DNA from: Planctomycetales bacterium | Lineage (GTDB): Bacteria > 4484-113 | Assembly: GCA_030606285.1 (NCBI GenBank) | Contig: JAUWGS010000005.1 | Span: 2,716 to 66,715, forward strand | DNA: 64,000 bases | Direction: 5' to 3' | In this document: one piece after another, positions 35,417 to 45,352 of the stretch | Layout: each line of letters opens with the position of its first letter | Numbering within the stretch: the first letter of the stretch is position 1 | Position numbers and translations under genes: made by a program | Notes under the pieces: model-generated | Seen by the model: the letters and a program-made list of their open reading frames with translations, nothing else | The model's database searches: none | Told to the model about the DNA's origin: nothing

Positions 35417-37975
35417 ATGAGTGAACGCGAACACAGCGGCATTAGTTCTATCAAAGAACTGCCCAAGCGGTACGACCCGTCGGCTGCCGAGCCGCACTGG
35501 CAGCGGCTCTGGGAGGAAAAAGGCGTATTCCGCTTCAATCGCGACGCTCCACACAGCTCCATCTTCTCGGTGGACACGCCGCCTCCGACGGTTTCCGGCG
35601 CTCTTCACATCGGGCATGTATTCTCGTACGTTCAGGCGGACATCGTGGTGCGTTATAAGCGCATGAGAGGCTTCGAAGTCTTCTACCCGTTCGGCTTCGA
35701 CGACAACGGGCTGGCAACCGAGCGGCTCGTGGAACGCGTGCGCGACGTCAAAGCATTCGAGATGCCGCGCGAGGACTTCATTGAGCTGTGCCTGGAGGTC
35801 AGCCGCGAACAGGAAACCGAGTTCAAAGATCTCTGGCAGGCGGTCGGCATTTCATGCGACTGGACGGAGGAATATACGACGATCAACGAGCGCTGCCGGA
35901 GGATCGCCCAGCGCTCCTTCCTCGACCTTTACCACAAGGGAGAAGTCTACCGGAAGGAAGCGCCCTCGCTTTGGTGTCCGGTATGCCGCACCGCAATCGC
36001 CCAGGCGGAGATTGAAGACCGCGACCATCCCTCTCATTTCCACGAGATACTCTTTACGCTGGATGACGGAACGCAGGTACCAATCGCCACTACCCGTCCG
36101 GAGCTGCTGCCGGCGTGCGTGGCCGTGCTGGTGCACCCGGACGACGACCGCTACGCGAAATACGTCGGGCGCAAGATCCGCACGCCTCATTTCAATACCG
36201 ACGTTCAAATCATCACTGACTCTTTGGTGGACCCTGAGAAGGGAACAGGTATCGTGATGTGCTGCACGTTTGGCGATACTACGGACATCGAGTGGTGGCA
36301 GAAATACAGCCTCGATACAAAAGTCTGCATCGATGAGACGGGCAAGCTCAACGAACAGGCCGGTGAATTCGCCGGCCTGGGCCTGGAGGAGGGGCGCAAA
36401 GCCATCGTGGAGGTATTGCGCAGCGAAGAACTGCTCACCAAGTCGTGGGAAATCGAGCACACTGTGAATTGCCACGAGCGCTGCGGCACGCCCCTGGAAT
36501 TCATCGTCACGCGGCAGTGGTTCATCAAACTGCTCGACAAGAAGGGGAAGCTTATAGAGCACGGCGAGCGGTGCCGCTGGTTCCCCGAGTTCATGGAAGT
36601 GCGCTACAAGCACTGGGTGGAGAACCTGCACTGGGACTGGTGCATCAGCCGACAGCGCTACTACGGCGTGCCGTTCCCCCTGTGGTATTGCGAAGCCTGC
36701 GGCGAGATCATCCCGGCCCGGGAGCAGGACCTGCCGGTGAATCCGCTGACCGGCCGTGCGCCGGTCGACCGCTGTCCCGAATGCGGAAGCGACCGCATCG
36801 AGGGCGAAAGCGACGTGCTCGATACCTGGATGACCAGTTCCCTCACGCCGCAGATCAACGCGAAATGGGGCGAAGGTGACGACAGAATGGAGCAGTTGTT
36901 CCCGATGACACTGCGCCCGCAAGCGCACGATATCATCCGAACGTGGGCCTTTTACACCATCACCAAAGCCTGCCTGCATCACGAAGACATTCCATGGTCG
37001 GATGTGATGATCTCCGGCCACGCCCAAGATGTAAGGCGGCAGAAGATATCGAAGAGCAAGTCCCAAACGCTGAATCCGCGTGAGATGGTCGCGCAGTACT
37101 CAGCCGACGTCGTGCGCTATTGGAGCTCAAGCGTGAAGCTCGGCGCTGACACGCTCATCGATCTGCAAAATCCCAAGGAGTCGTTTGAAGGCGGCAAGCG
37201 CCTGGTCACCAAGCTGTATAACGCAAGCAAGTTCTCGCATACTCATCTCCTAAGCTTTAATCCTGCAGAACGCGACCTGACCACGCTGGTGCATCACACA
37301 CTCGACAGGTGGCTGCTGGGCCGCCTGGCAAACACGATCCAGCATGCACAGAAGGCCTTCGACGAGTACGAATACTCAGAGGCTCTCGATGCAGTCGAGC
37401 GCTTCTTCTGGCGGGACTTCTGTGATAACTACCTCGAACTGGCCAAAGGCCGCCTGTACGGGGAGTCTGTAGCCGGCCTTCCCGAGGACGATGCGGGACG
37501 CCTGGCGGAAAGCGCCAAGGCGGCGCTCTACATCGCACTTGAAGCCATACTGAAGATGTTCGCTCCCTTCGTGCCGCACATTGCAGAAGACATCTGGCAC
37601 TGGCATTTCGCCAAGTTCAGTCCCGAGGAGAGCATCCACCGGACTGCCTGGCCGGACGCTGCATCGCTGGCACCTGCGATCGACAAGGACTGCGACCGAG
37701 CGGGACGCAACCTTGTGGGGGCGCTCGCACTGGCACGCAAGGCCAAGAGCGAACTGAACATCTCCATCAAGAAGCAGGCCAAGACGCTGACCATAGGCTT
37801 CAGGAGTGATGAGGGAATCTCTACCCAGTCGCTTGAGGACCTTGACTCGCTAAAGAGCGACCTGTTGAGCACCGCAAACGTCGACGAGCTTGTGCTAAAA
37901 GCAGAAGTGCTGGATGACGGTTACGAACTCGAAGGCGTGCCTTTTAAGGCCCAGCTGGAGCTTCATCCGGAGTAG
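35417..37975 (+). CDS. valS: class I aminoacyl-tRNA synthetase, most likely valyl-tRNA synthetase (short archaeal/actinobacterial type)
   Basis: PPPTVSGALHIGH (HIGH), KISKSKS (KMSKS), DWCISRQRYYGVPFP, CP1 editing insert; 852 aa. Confidence 0.7.
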   Translation: MSEREHSGISSIKELPKRYDPSAAEPHWQRLWEEKGVFRFNRDAPHSSIFSVDTPPPTVSGALHIGHVFSYVQADIVVRYKRMRGFEVFYPFGFDDNGLATERLVERVRDVKAFEMPREDFIELCLEVSREQETEFKDLWQAVGISCDWTEEYTTINERCRRIAQRSFLDLYHKGEVYRKEAPSLWCPVCRTAIAQAEIEDRDHPSHFHEILFTLDDGTQVPIATTRPELLPACVAVLVHPDDDRYAKYVGRKIRTPHFNTDVQIITDSLVDPEKGTGIVMCCTFGDTTDIEWWQKYSLDTKVCIDETGKLNEQAGEFAGLGLEEGRKAIVEVLRSEELLTKSWEIEHTVNCHERCGTPLEFIVTRQWFIKLLDKKGKLIEHGERCRWFPEFMEVRYKHWVENLHWDWCISRQRYYGVPFPLWYCEACGEIIPAREQDLPVNPLTGRAPVDRCPECGSDRIEGESDVLDTWMTSSLTPQINAKWGEGDDRMEQLFPMTLRPQAHDIIRTWAFYTITKACLHHEDIPWSDVMISGHAQDVRRQKISKSKSQTLNPREMVAQYSADVVRYWSSSVKLGADTLIDLQNPKESFEGGKRLVTKLYNASKFSHTHLLSFNPAERDLTTLVHHTLDRWLLGRLANTIQHAQKAFDEYEYSEALDAVERFFWRDFCDNYLELAKGRLYGESVAGLPEDDAGRLAESAKAALYIALEAILKMFAPFVPHIAEDIWHWHFAKFSPEESIHRTAWPDAASLAPAIDKDCDRAGRNLVGALALARKAKSELNISIKKQAKTLTIGFRSDEGISTQSLEDLDSLKSDLLSTANVDELVLKAEVLDDGYELEGVPFKAQLELHPE

Positions 37976-39953
37976 CGCTACCGCCGGGGAATTTCGGTCC
38001 GCCCGGCAGGTAGTCCTTGATGTCTGTCACTTCATCACCGCGCGGGTGCAGCACTTTATAGACCTCAACCGGCTCCGCGCGTCCCTTCACCTTGACGGCG
38101 CCAAGATGCTCGCAGCTGAAGCCCTCGCCGATATGCTCGTGAACTTCCTGGCTGATGAGTATGGCAGTGCCGAATGTCTTCGTCTCCGACTCCAGGCGTG
38201 ACGCGACATTCACCACGTCGCCGATGCACGTGTAGTCCATCCGCCGGGACGAGCCAACGTTCCCCATTACGACAGTCCCGTAGTGGATGCCGACGCCAAC
38301 GCGGAAGTGCGGCACCGGCAGATCGCGCACAATCTCGTCCATGCGGTCAATTACCAGCTCAGCCACTTGCAGCGCTGTGCGCACGGCATCCTCGGCCGGA
38401 TTCTCGCGCGGCACAGGCGCGCCGAAAATGGCCATTACGCCGTCACCCATAAACTTGTCGACGAAGCCTCCGTTGCTCATAATCACATCCGAGACTTCAG
38501 TCAGGAAGCGGTTCAGGAACTCCACCGTCTGATGCGGATCCGTCTTCTCTGATAGGGTCGAGTAGTTGCGAATATCAGAGAACAGAAGAGCCACATCCCG
38601 CTCGACACCACCCAGGTCAGCCAGCTCAGGCCGGTCGATAATCTCCTTTACCACATCCGGCGCCACGTAACGACCGAAGGTTGAGCGGATGCGCCGCTTC
38701 TCCGCCTCTTCGGTCAGCACGCGGAACGACAGGGAGAAGAAGAAGCTGAAGAAGAAAGTCACGCTTGGATAGGTGAACGGCATCAGCAGGTTGCCCTTGG
38801 TGAATGCCAGTACGATGAGCGTTTCGTACGCCAGGAGCACAATAGTGAAAGCGACGAAACTCGGAAGCGGCCGCATGTTGACGGCGAACGCCCACGCGAG
38901 TAGCGCCAGCAGAACCACTAAAGCAATCGCCAAGCGCCGTTCGGTCACATGTATGAAGCTCCCGGTAAGGAGCGTGCTCAATGCTTGAGCGTTCGTCTCC
39001 ACGCCAAACATCTCATCAAACGGCGTCATGAAGTAGTCGTTGTCCGCTTTGGCGACGCTGCCCACAAAGACAATCGCGCCGGAAAACTGACTCAGGTCCA
39101 GCGCTTTCTCCTCTTCTTCGACAAGCTCACTTGCGGACTGGCTTTCATCCAGTGCCTTCTCACCTTCCTCTTCCTCGTCCTCAAAACTCTGTTCGAGGTA
39201 TTCTGGGAAGAACAGCGCGAGATTGAATTGAGGTATCGTGCCGTCGGGTCCAGCGTAGTTGATAAGGAAATCCCCGTGCCCCGTATCGCCGATTTCAGTG
39301 ATACCGTAAGCGAAGGGGTCGGCATCAAAGTCCTCGCCGCGTTCCCGCAGTAGCAGCCTGTATACCTGCGTTGCCTGCGAGTAGTGGTTTGAACTTTCCA
39401 AGGGGACGATTGCTGTCTCCTTTTCCTTGTAGGAGAGCTTGGGAGCCGTATTCACAATCGCCGTGACCGGTTTGGCTTCGAGGATCGTGTTTGTTGAATC
39501 TTCAAGAGATTCGATATCCCCTCTAAGCCCGACTTCCACAGTGCCCAGCTGAATCGCCTCAGAGAGGACTACGGTTGTGCCGCTTTCCCGCGCGTAAATG
39601 ATAGCGTCACGCAAGTCCTCATCTTCCGAGATGTCCCAGGGCTCAGTGGAGAAAAGGATGTCAAAGACCACAATCTTCGCGCCGGCGTCTGTCAGCTTGC
39701 GAATGAGCTCTGCGTGGACGGTGCGCGGAAACGGGTAGTAGATGCCGACACCCTCCAGCATGTTGATTGTGACGTCATCAATGCCCGCGATGACGATGCG
39801 GGCGTCGGTTTCCTGGACTCCCCGAATGCGAAACACCGAGCGCTTGAAGAACATCTCGGTGAACTCAGCTACACCTAACCCGTTGAAAAGCGTGGCTGTT
39901 AACAGGCCGAAGAGAGCAAACACTATTGCCCAGAGTCGACGTCTAAGCGGCAT
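37944..39953 (-). CDS. CHASE2-sensor class III adenylate/guanylate cyclase
   Basis: N-terminal CHASE2-like periplasmic domain, TM segments, then VALLFSDIRNYSTLSEK...FMGDGVMAIFGAP catalytic core. Confidence 0.85.
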   Translation of the reverse strand: MPLRRRLWAIVFALFGLLTATLFNGLGVAEFTEMFFKRSVFRIRGVQETDARIVIAGIDDVTINMLEGVGIYYPFPRTVHAELIRKLTDAGAKIVVFDILFSTEPWDISEDEDLRDAIIYARESGTTVVLSEAIQLGTVEVGLRGDIESLEDSTNTILEAKPVTAIVNTAPKLSYKEKETAIVPLESSNHYSQATQVYRLLLRERGEDFDADPFAYGITEIGDTGHGDFLINYAGPDGTIPQFNLALFFPEYLEQSFEDEEEEGEKALDESQSASELVEEEEKALDLSQFSGAIVFVGSVAKADNDYFMTPFDEMFGVETNAQALSTLLTGSFIHVTERRLAIALVVLLALLAWAFAVNMRPLPSFVAFTIVLLAYETLIVLAFTKGNLLMPFTYPSVTFFFSFFFSLSFRVLTEEAEKRRIRSTFGRYVAPDVVKEIIDRPELADLGGVERDVALLFSDIRNYSTLSEKTDPHQTVEFLNRFLTEVSDVIMSNGGFVDKFMGDGVMAIFGAPVPRENPAEDAVRTALQVAELVIDRMDEIVRDLPVPHFRVGVGIHYGTVVMGNVGSSRRMDYTCIGDVVNVASRLESETKTFGTAILISQEVHEHIGEGFSCEHLGAVKVKGRAEPVEVYKVLHPRGDEVTDIKDYLPGGPKFPGGSATPDEAPAGP

Positions 39954-40028
39954 CGTGCAAGTACCTTCGCGGCGCGACCCGCCAGCCGCGCCGCAATCAC
40001 ATCACTCCATATTCAGGCGTTTCGAGCT

Positions 40029-42059
40029 CTAGAACTCTTCACCCAGGATATCCACATCCGCACTGCCACCGGGGATTACCTCGATCCGCAGACCGCTGGG
40101 CGTGTACAGATGTATCTCACCATAATCGAACATAGCCAGCCCGGCTTCGAGGGCGATGAACTCTATCTCAGCGAAGGCACCGCTGCCGGATATGGTCTCG
40201 CCCTCACGGCCCGCCTGACCGGATATCGTCATCTGGCCATGCCCGCTGTCACCGAAGAACAGAGTTGTTCCGCTGGTGAGACCGGCCTTCGAGCCGCGGT
40301 CGAACTCAACCAGCGACGGGTCGTAGTTGACGATTATCTCCCAGCTGGCAAGCGTTGCCACCTCACCGATTTCCACCCGCATACGGATGGACTCTCCAAC
40401 GCTTACGGTACTTGGGCCAATGACTGCCAGATCGAACTCGACCATCTCGCCGAGCGGGTAGTAGAGCGAGAAAACCCGGGATTCGGAATCTATCTCGATG
40501 ATACTTGAGACGCCGCGGCCTGCACCCGACGCTGAGTACCATCCGCCGTTGTAATGGTCGTCGTAGTGGTCGTCGTAGTGGTCGTCCCCCCACTCCCAGT
40601 ACTCTTCCTCATGCTCCTCGTAGAAGCTGTCGAAGTTGAACTGGCCGCGAACGAACCAAGTGATGTCCACGAACTCACCGTCCAGGAAGAGATCGGCGAA
40701 CGGGCTGTCGCTGCCTTCGACGATATCAACAATCGGCAGATCCATTGAGGTGCCCACGAAGTTGCGAACCATCGTCAGGCCGCCTGCAGTAAAATGCAGC
40801 TCGAAACCGTCGAAGTACTCCTCGCCGACCACCTCAAATTCGAAGAAGATGCTCTCGGATTCCGGGAAGTAATATTCTTCGCCGTCGTCCGGATTGATGA
40901 GTATGATTAACGGCTCGTCGTACGATGTTCCACCGGTGAGCACGTACTCAACCACATCGGGAACACCGTCGTTGTCAGTGTCTATCGTGCCGTAGCGGAT
41001 GTCGCGCTCGGGATCGTCGCTCTCGATGGTGCCGGTCAATTCGTCGAGCAGCTCGTCCAGGTCGGGAACCCAGGCGGCCATCAGATCCTCAATCTCGTCG
41101 TATTGCCCGTGGATCTGAGCGCTGTACGCGCTGCAAGCCTCAGCGAGCGCGTCCACTGGCCCACGCGATTCCTCGTCGTCCTCGGGGAGACTCTCGGCCC
41201 ACGCTGCCAGTTGCTCCAGCAGCAAGGCCAGCTCTTCGTCCGCATCCTCCGTCTCCTCCATTGTCGGCTGCACGTTGTAGTAGACGAAGGACATCCGGCT
41301 CTGGTCGCCCTGGGACTCATAGCGCATGAACTCGTCATAGAAGGACTGCATCCGACTGGCAAGATGCCGGTAGCGGTTGTTCAGAGCGCCGAACGCTGAC
41401 GTAAGTTCATCAGTCGAGATGCCTTCGGGCACAGCCGCTTCATCAGCAGCGTCCTCCCATCCTTCTTCGTGCTCTTCGGATTCGTCAGGCGATTCTCCCG
41501 GCTCGACTGAAACCTTCTCGCCCGGACCCAGCGTCACGGTAACACCTTCGGCAGTTACTTCGAATTCCCCGTCGTAGCCGGTGAATCTTGACGTGCCGTC
41601 GAAGTCGACGTCAACGCCGAACTTGGTGCCGCGAACGACCGCCAGCGCCGAGGGAGTCTCTACTTCAAAGGTCGAGCCAGGCGAGAGCGCTTCCTGCAAG
41701 TTAAATAGAAATCCGCCAACCAGGGTCTTGACCTTCCCGCCGCCGCCTTCCCTCAGGTCCTTCACGCTGAGAACTGAGTTCTCCTTGATCAGAACAATAG
41801 TGTTCTGAGGGAAGAGGAGCTGAACCTTGCCTCCCTTAAGCGTGCGCAGCGCGTCACCCGGCTGGAGCACCTGGCCCAGATTCGCATCCGCCCATTCGCT
41901 CTGCGCCTTTACCCGCACCTGCACTGGACCCGCAAGGCGTGTGACCTTCACGGTGAGTTCCTGGCCATAGGCTGCAAACACAAGCAGCGCCATAGCACAA
42001 ATCGCCACAAACACACTAGTAACGTTGTTTCTCATCTTAGATGACATAGCGCCATTCAC
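40029..42059 (-). CDS. secreted FecR-domain protein with long acidic, His/Tyr-rich C-terminal region (DDHYDDHYDDHY)
   Basis: Signal peptide; FecR-like segment LTVKVTRLAGPVQVRV...GDALRTLKGGKVQLLF...ALAVVRGTKFGV. Confidence 0.65.
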   Translation of the reverse strand: MNGAMSSKMRNNVTSVFVAICAMALLVFAAYGQELTVKVTRLAGPVQVRVKAQSEWADANLGQVLQPGDALRTLKGGKVQLLFPQNTIVLIKENSVLSVKDLREGGGGKVKTLVGGFLFNLQEALSPGSTFEVETPSALAVVRGTKFGVDVDFDGTSRFTGYDGEFEVTAEGVTVTLGPGEKVSVEPGESPDESEEHEEGWEDAADEAAVPEGISTDELTSAFGALNNRYRHLASRMQSFYDEFMRYESQGDQSRMSFVYYNVQPTMEETEDADEELALLLEQLAAWAESLPEDDEESRGPVDALAEACSAYSAQIHGQYDEIEDLMAAWVPDLDELLDELTGTIESDDPERDIRYGTIDTDNDGVPDVVEYVLTGGTSYDEPLIILINPDDGEEYYFPESESIFFEFEVVGEEYFDGFELHFTAGGLTMVRNFVGTSMDLPIVDIVEGSDSPFADLFLDGEFVDITWFVRGQFNFDSFYEEHEEEYWEWGDDHYDDHYDDHYNGGWYSASGAGRGVSSIIEIDSESRVFSLYYPLGEMVEFDLAVIGPSTVSVGESIRMRVEIGEVATLASWEIIVNYDPSLVEFDRGSKAGLTSGTTLFFGDSGHGQMTISGQAGREGETISGSGAFAEIEFIALEAGLAMFDYGEIHLYTPSGLRIEVIPGGSADVDILGEEF

Positions 42060-42062
42060 TCC

Positions 42063-43916
42063 TTAGAATTCGAAGCGCACCCGAGCCTCAAATGTCTGGT
42101 CTTTGATCCTCGGTTGGTTCTTGTAATCGCGCAAATCGTAGTCATAGCCCAGCGTCAGCCTGTAGTGCGGGCTCATACGCCAGTTGTATTCGATTCCCCA
42201 ACTGTATGCTGTGTAGTCGTTCACCGAGTTCGCAAACGACTGGTCAAGGCTACTCCAGTCAAAGTAGAACCGCATGTACTGATTACGCTCGAATGGGTAG
42301 TAAACGTCAGCGAGGAAATCCCAGATTCTGTAGTCGCGGCCTGTATTGGCTGAGTAGTCCTGGTCGGTGAAAGCCAGCTCCGTGGTCATCGAGGTACCGT
42401 TGTCCCAGTTGTAGTTTAGGCCCGCGCGGTGGTACATCCGGCTGTAGCTTCGTGTAATACCGGTATAGTCGTAGTCGTAGTAGTTGAAGTTGTAATACCA
42501 GCGCGCGTTGTATGACGGGTTGTAGTTGAAGGCCATCTGCCAGCGCCAGTAATCATAGTCGCTTGCGCCGGGAGTCGAGTACTCCTTGTCGCGCCACTCA
42601 AACCTCAAATCCCCGTCAAGAGCCTTATTGAACTCGCGCCAGTAACGGAGCCTGAGCCGGGTCTCATCGTAGTCCGTCGCAACGGAACGCCTGTAGTCGC
42701 GCTTGCGCAGGCGGAATTCCCCCTCTCCGTAAGTGCGCGCATCGGGCTGGTAAGCTCCCCGCAGTTTAAAGTCGTCCTCGAAGAAGGCCCGCGTCTTCAG
42801 CACATCGTAGGACTTCTCGGTGGAAACATAGTCCGTGCCCCACAGCCACTCATTGCAGGGAACGAACTCCAGCCCAAGGCCCAGCTTCGTCATGTTGTAG
42901 CCGAGCGCATCCCCCTGCGCGTAGTGGTAGTCGGTCATCTTCCAGAAGGCATCGGCGATCACCCTGTCCGAAAGCGGATGCATCGCGTAGAGCGATGTGC
43001 GATGGTAGAGGTAACTGCGGGTGCTGACGGCATCGAAGTTCTTCGATTTGTAGTCCCACGCGAAATCCACCAGCGACTGCTCACCGTTGAATAAATACTC
43101 GTAATCTAGATGCAACGCAACAGTTCGCCTGGTGTTTGCCCTGTTATTCAGGTCCTTTAGCTCCGTCAGCTTCTCACGTAGATTCAGTTCCCCATTGAAC
43201 ACATCCGGGAACTCCTGGCTCATCCCGAACTCCCATCTGCGCACGTTGGTGAACGAGTGATCGTTGTCGTACTTCTCCCAGAACGCGAAATAGCGGCCTT
43301 CCCGGTCTCTGTAGCGCTGCCTTAGCGACAAGTACTGGCGGTCATAATCGGTATACGTGCCATTCCCATGGAGTATGGACACGTCACCGGTAGAACGCAG
43401 CTCCGGCTCCACTTCAGGAGCGGCAGCCGCCTCCTCGCCTTCCAGCACAGCCTGCACAATCTCTATGGCACTGATGCGCAATAGAAAGCTGTCTACCATG
43501 ACCGCAAGGGAATCTACGCGGTCGATAATCCTGTCCACCGCCTCCTGCTCACCCTGCGTCATATCAGGATGATCGGCCTGGAACTGTATCGCGTCTCTGA
43601 GATACCCGTGGAGCCGTGATTCCCATGCCTCAAGCTCGGACTTGGCTTGCATGAGCAGGTCATAAGCTCCCTCGTAGGCCTCTATTTCAGCAGTCGCCTG
43701 TCCTGCCGAAACCTCATCCGCGGTGGCATCCCAGGCATCGAGCTTGCCTGCAATCTCGGCTCTGATACTTGCGAGCCCGGACTCCATTGCGGCAAGATCA
43801 GTCTCTCCCCAGACTATCATGGGGAAAAGCACCAACGCTAGAATAAGCACCACACAGGAGTAGATAGATGATTTCATAGCCCCCTCACAACCCGAAGCCT
43901 TTCCGGTCTCAATCAT
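42063..43916 (-). CDS. signal-peptide protein, probable outer-membrane beta-barrel (Tyr/Trp/Asp/Asn-rich, C-terminal ...ARVRFEF)
   Basis: Sec signal; alternating aromatic pattern; terminal Phe; 4 nt upstream of the FecR-domain gene. Confidence 0.5.
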   Translation of the reverse strand: MIETGKASGCEGAMKSSIYSCVVLILALVLFPMIVWGETDLAAMESGLASIRAEIAGKLDAWDATADEVSAGQATAEIEAYEGAYDLLMQAKSELEAWESRLHGYLRDAIQFQADHPDMTQGEQEAVDRIIDRVDSLAVMVDSFLLRISAIEIVQAVLEGEEAAAAPEVEPELRSTGDVSILHGNGTYTDYDRQYLSLRQRYRDREGRYFAFWEKYDNDHSFTNVRRWEFGMSQEFPDVFNGELNLREKLTELKDLNNRANTRRTVALHLDYEYLFNGEQSLVDFAWDYKSKNFDAVSTRSYLYHRTSLYAMHPLSDRVIADAFWKMTDYHYAQGDALGYNMTKLGLGLEFVPCNEWLWGTDYVSTEKSYDVLKTRAFFEDDFKLRGAYQPDARTYGEGEFRLRKRDYRRSVATDYDETRLRLRYWREFNKALDGDLRFEWRDKEYSTPGASDYDYWRWQMAFNYNPSYNARWYYNFNYYDYDYTGITRSYSRMYHRAGLNYNWDNGTSMTTELAFTDQDYSANTGRDYRIWDFLADVYYPFERNQYMRFYFDWSSLDQSFANSVNDYTAYSWGIEYNWRMSPHYRLTLGYDYDLRDYKNQPRIKDQTFEARVRFEF

Positions 43917-44005
43917 AATAACCTAATAGTTTGGAGTTATCAATTCTGGACTTGTTCCGCCGTGGTCGGGCTAGCAGGCAGATCCCGCCGCTGCCCGAAT
44001 GCCAC

Positions 44006-44311
44006 TTAGTTCTTGTTTCGAGCGCTGAGATCCTCCTTGAGGATGAGCTTTAGCACTTCAGCCGTTATCTCGTCGCTGTGCGTCAGTGGGTCACTCTGCA
44101 GACAGTCCACAATCCTGTCTAAGTCCTCTTTCACCTGAGCCAGTATTTCCCGGCGAACACCTTCTTCCAGTGCTTCCAGCCAGCTCATCCTCTCACCGCA
44201 CAGGGGGCAGAAAAGCTCCTCACGACCACTGACTGCGAATGTGGACACTTTAAAGGAGTTCTTGCAGCTAAGGCAGGTGAAGCGCAGCTCCTCCGGGATG
44301 GTGAACGCCAT
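44006..44311 (-). CDS. small zinc-ribbon protein (CxxC...CPLC)
   Basis: TCLSCKN...FCPLCGERM; its start overlaps the upstream stop (ATGA). Confidence 0.45.
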   Translation of the reverse strand: MAFTIPEELRFTCLSCKNSFKVSTFAVSGREELFCPLCGERMSWLEALEEGVRREILAQVKEDLDRIVDCLQSDPLTHSDEITAEVLKLILKEDLSARNKN

Positions 44312-45297
44312 CAGCCGCCTCGCTCCTGAGAGTGCTTGATCAGTGGAGAGAACCTGTGTTTAAGGAGGAATATTATCTCCGGCAGCGTTGAGTACTCTAT
44401 AACGCTGTGCGAGATTGTGTCGACCAGGGGGATGGCGCTTACTCCCTCGCGCTTCAGGACAGCGACCCTGCGACCCACACCGTGTATCAGACCTAAAAGA
44501 AAGATCGTGTTGCTATTCCAGTCATCCAGGTTAGCGATGACGAAATCGGATTCCTGGATGTTTTCACAGGCACGGCACAGTTCTTCTTCGTTATCCAGTG
44601 GCTCTGCCAGCCGATAGGCGGCAAGGTTGATGTCCTTTAGCGCAGGCATAATCGCCCGCTGATGGATCTCATCATTGCGCGGGTTGCGCTCCAGGATTAC
44701 CGTCGTCTTGCGTCGCGTGTAGATCGGGGCTTTCCTGCAATGTCCATCGTGAAAACGCCAGCAGTGGAGCCGGAACGGGGGCGTCTCGCCTTCACGGGTA
44801 AACTCCTCAGACTCGCGCTCCTTGCGCACGATACCCGCCACCTGGGCTACTACCTCGGATGATATCTTGAGCTGCACCTCGCCTTTCAGCTTGTGACGCC
44901 TTATCTCATCCACGATGGACGGCACTTCCGAATAGAGGGCGCATTTGTCGCAGGTAGTGAGGTTGTAGATGCGGATGCCCAGCTCCTTACAGGCCAGTGC
45001 AACCACGAGCCTGCCCTCGCCCCTGAAAGGCCTCAGTTCCGTTCCAAGCGACAAAAAGCGGCAGCGGGGCTTGCGGATAATCTCGGTGACTTCGCAGTTA
45101 AGGCAGGTCAGCGGATCAACCTCGGCCACAAATGCGTCAGTTGATATGGCGCAGAAAGTAGTGCCGAAGCTCACACGACGGAATGGGCAAGGGGGAACAC
45201 TGAGGAAGTCCTCTTCCAGCAGCTTCTTCAAAGAGCTGTCGTCGTCAGGCTCTGTCCCATCCTCTTCAAGGTTGTCGTCGCGACCTCTGGTATCCAC
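44311..45297 (-). CDS. Cys-rich protein with C-terminal nucleoside 2-deoxyribosyltransferase / SLOG-like Rossmannoid domain (catalytic Glu position is Leu)
   Basis: ESDFVIANLDDWNSNTIFLLGLIHGVGRRVAVL parallels the NDT motif D.VvAnLd...D.GTafE.GyA.A.GKpV; several CxxC pairs in the N-terminal half. Confidence 0.45.
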   Translation of the reverse strand: MDTRGRDDNLEEDGTEPDDDSSLKKLLEEDFLSVPPCPFRRVSFGTTFCAISTDAFVAEVDPLTCLNCEVTEIIRKPRCRFLSLGTELRPFRGEGRLVVALACKELGIRIYNLTTCDKCALYSEVPSIVDEIRRHKLKGEVQLKISSEVVAQVAGIVRKERESEEFTREGETPPFRLHCWRFHDGHCRKAPIYTRRKTTVILERNPRNDEIHQRAIMPALKDINLAAYRLAEPLDNEEELCRACENIQESDFVIANLDDWNSNTIFLLGLIHGVGRRVAVLKREGVSAIPLVDTISHSVIEYSTLPEIIFLLKHRFSPLIKHSQERGG

Positions 45298-45352
45298 GCT
45301 GTCAGATTATAGCGCCATATCCCAGAAGTGCGAATGTGCTCTTGCTGCCCTC

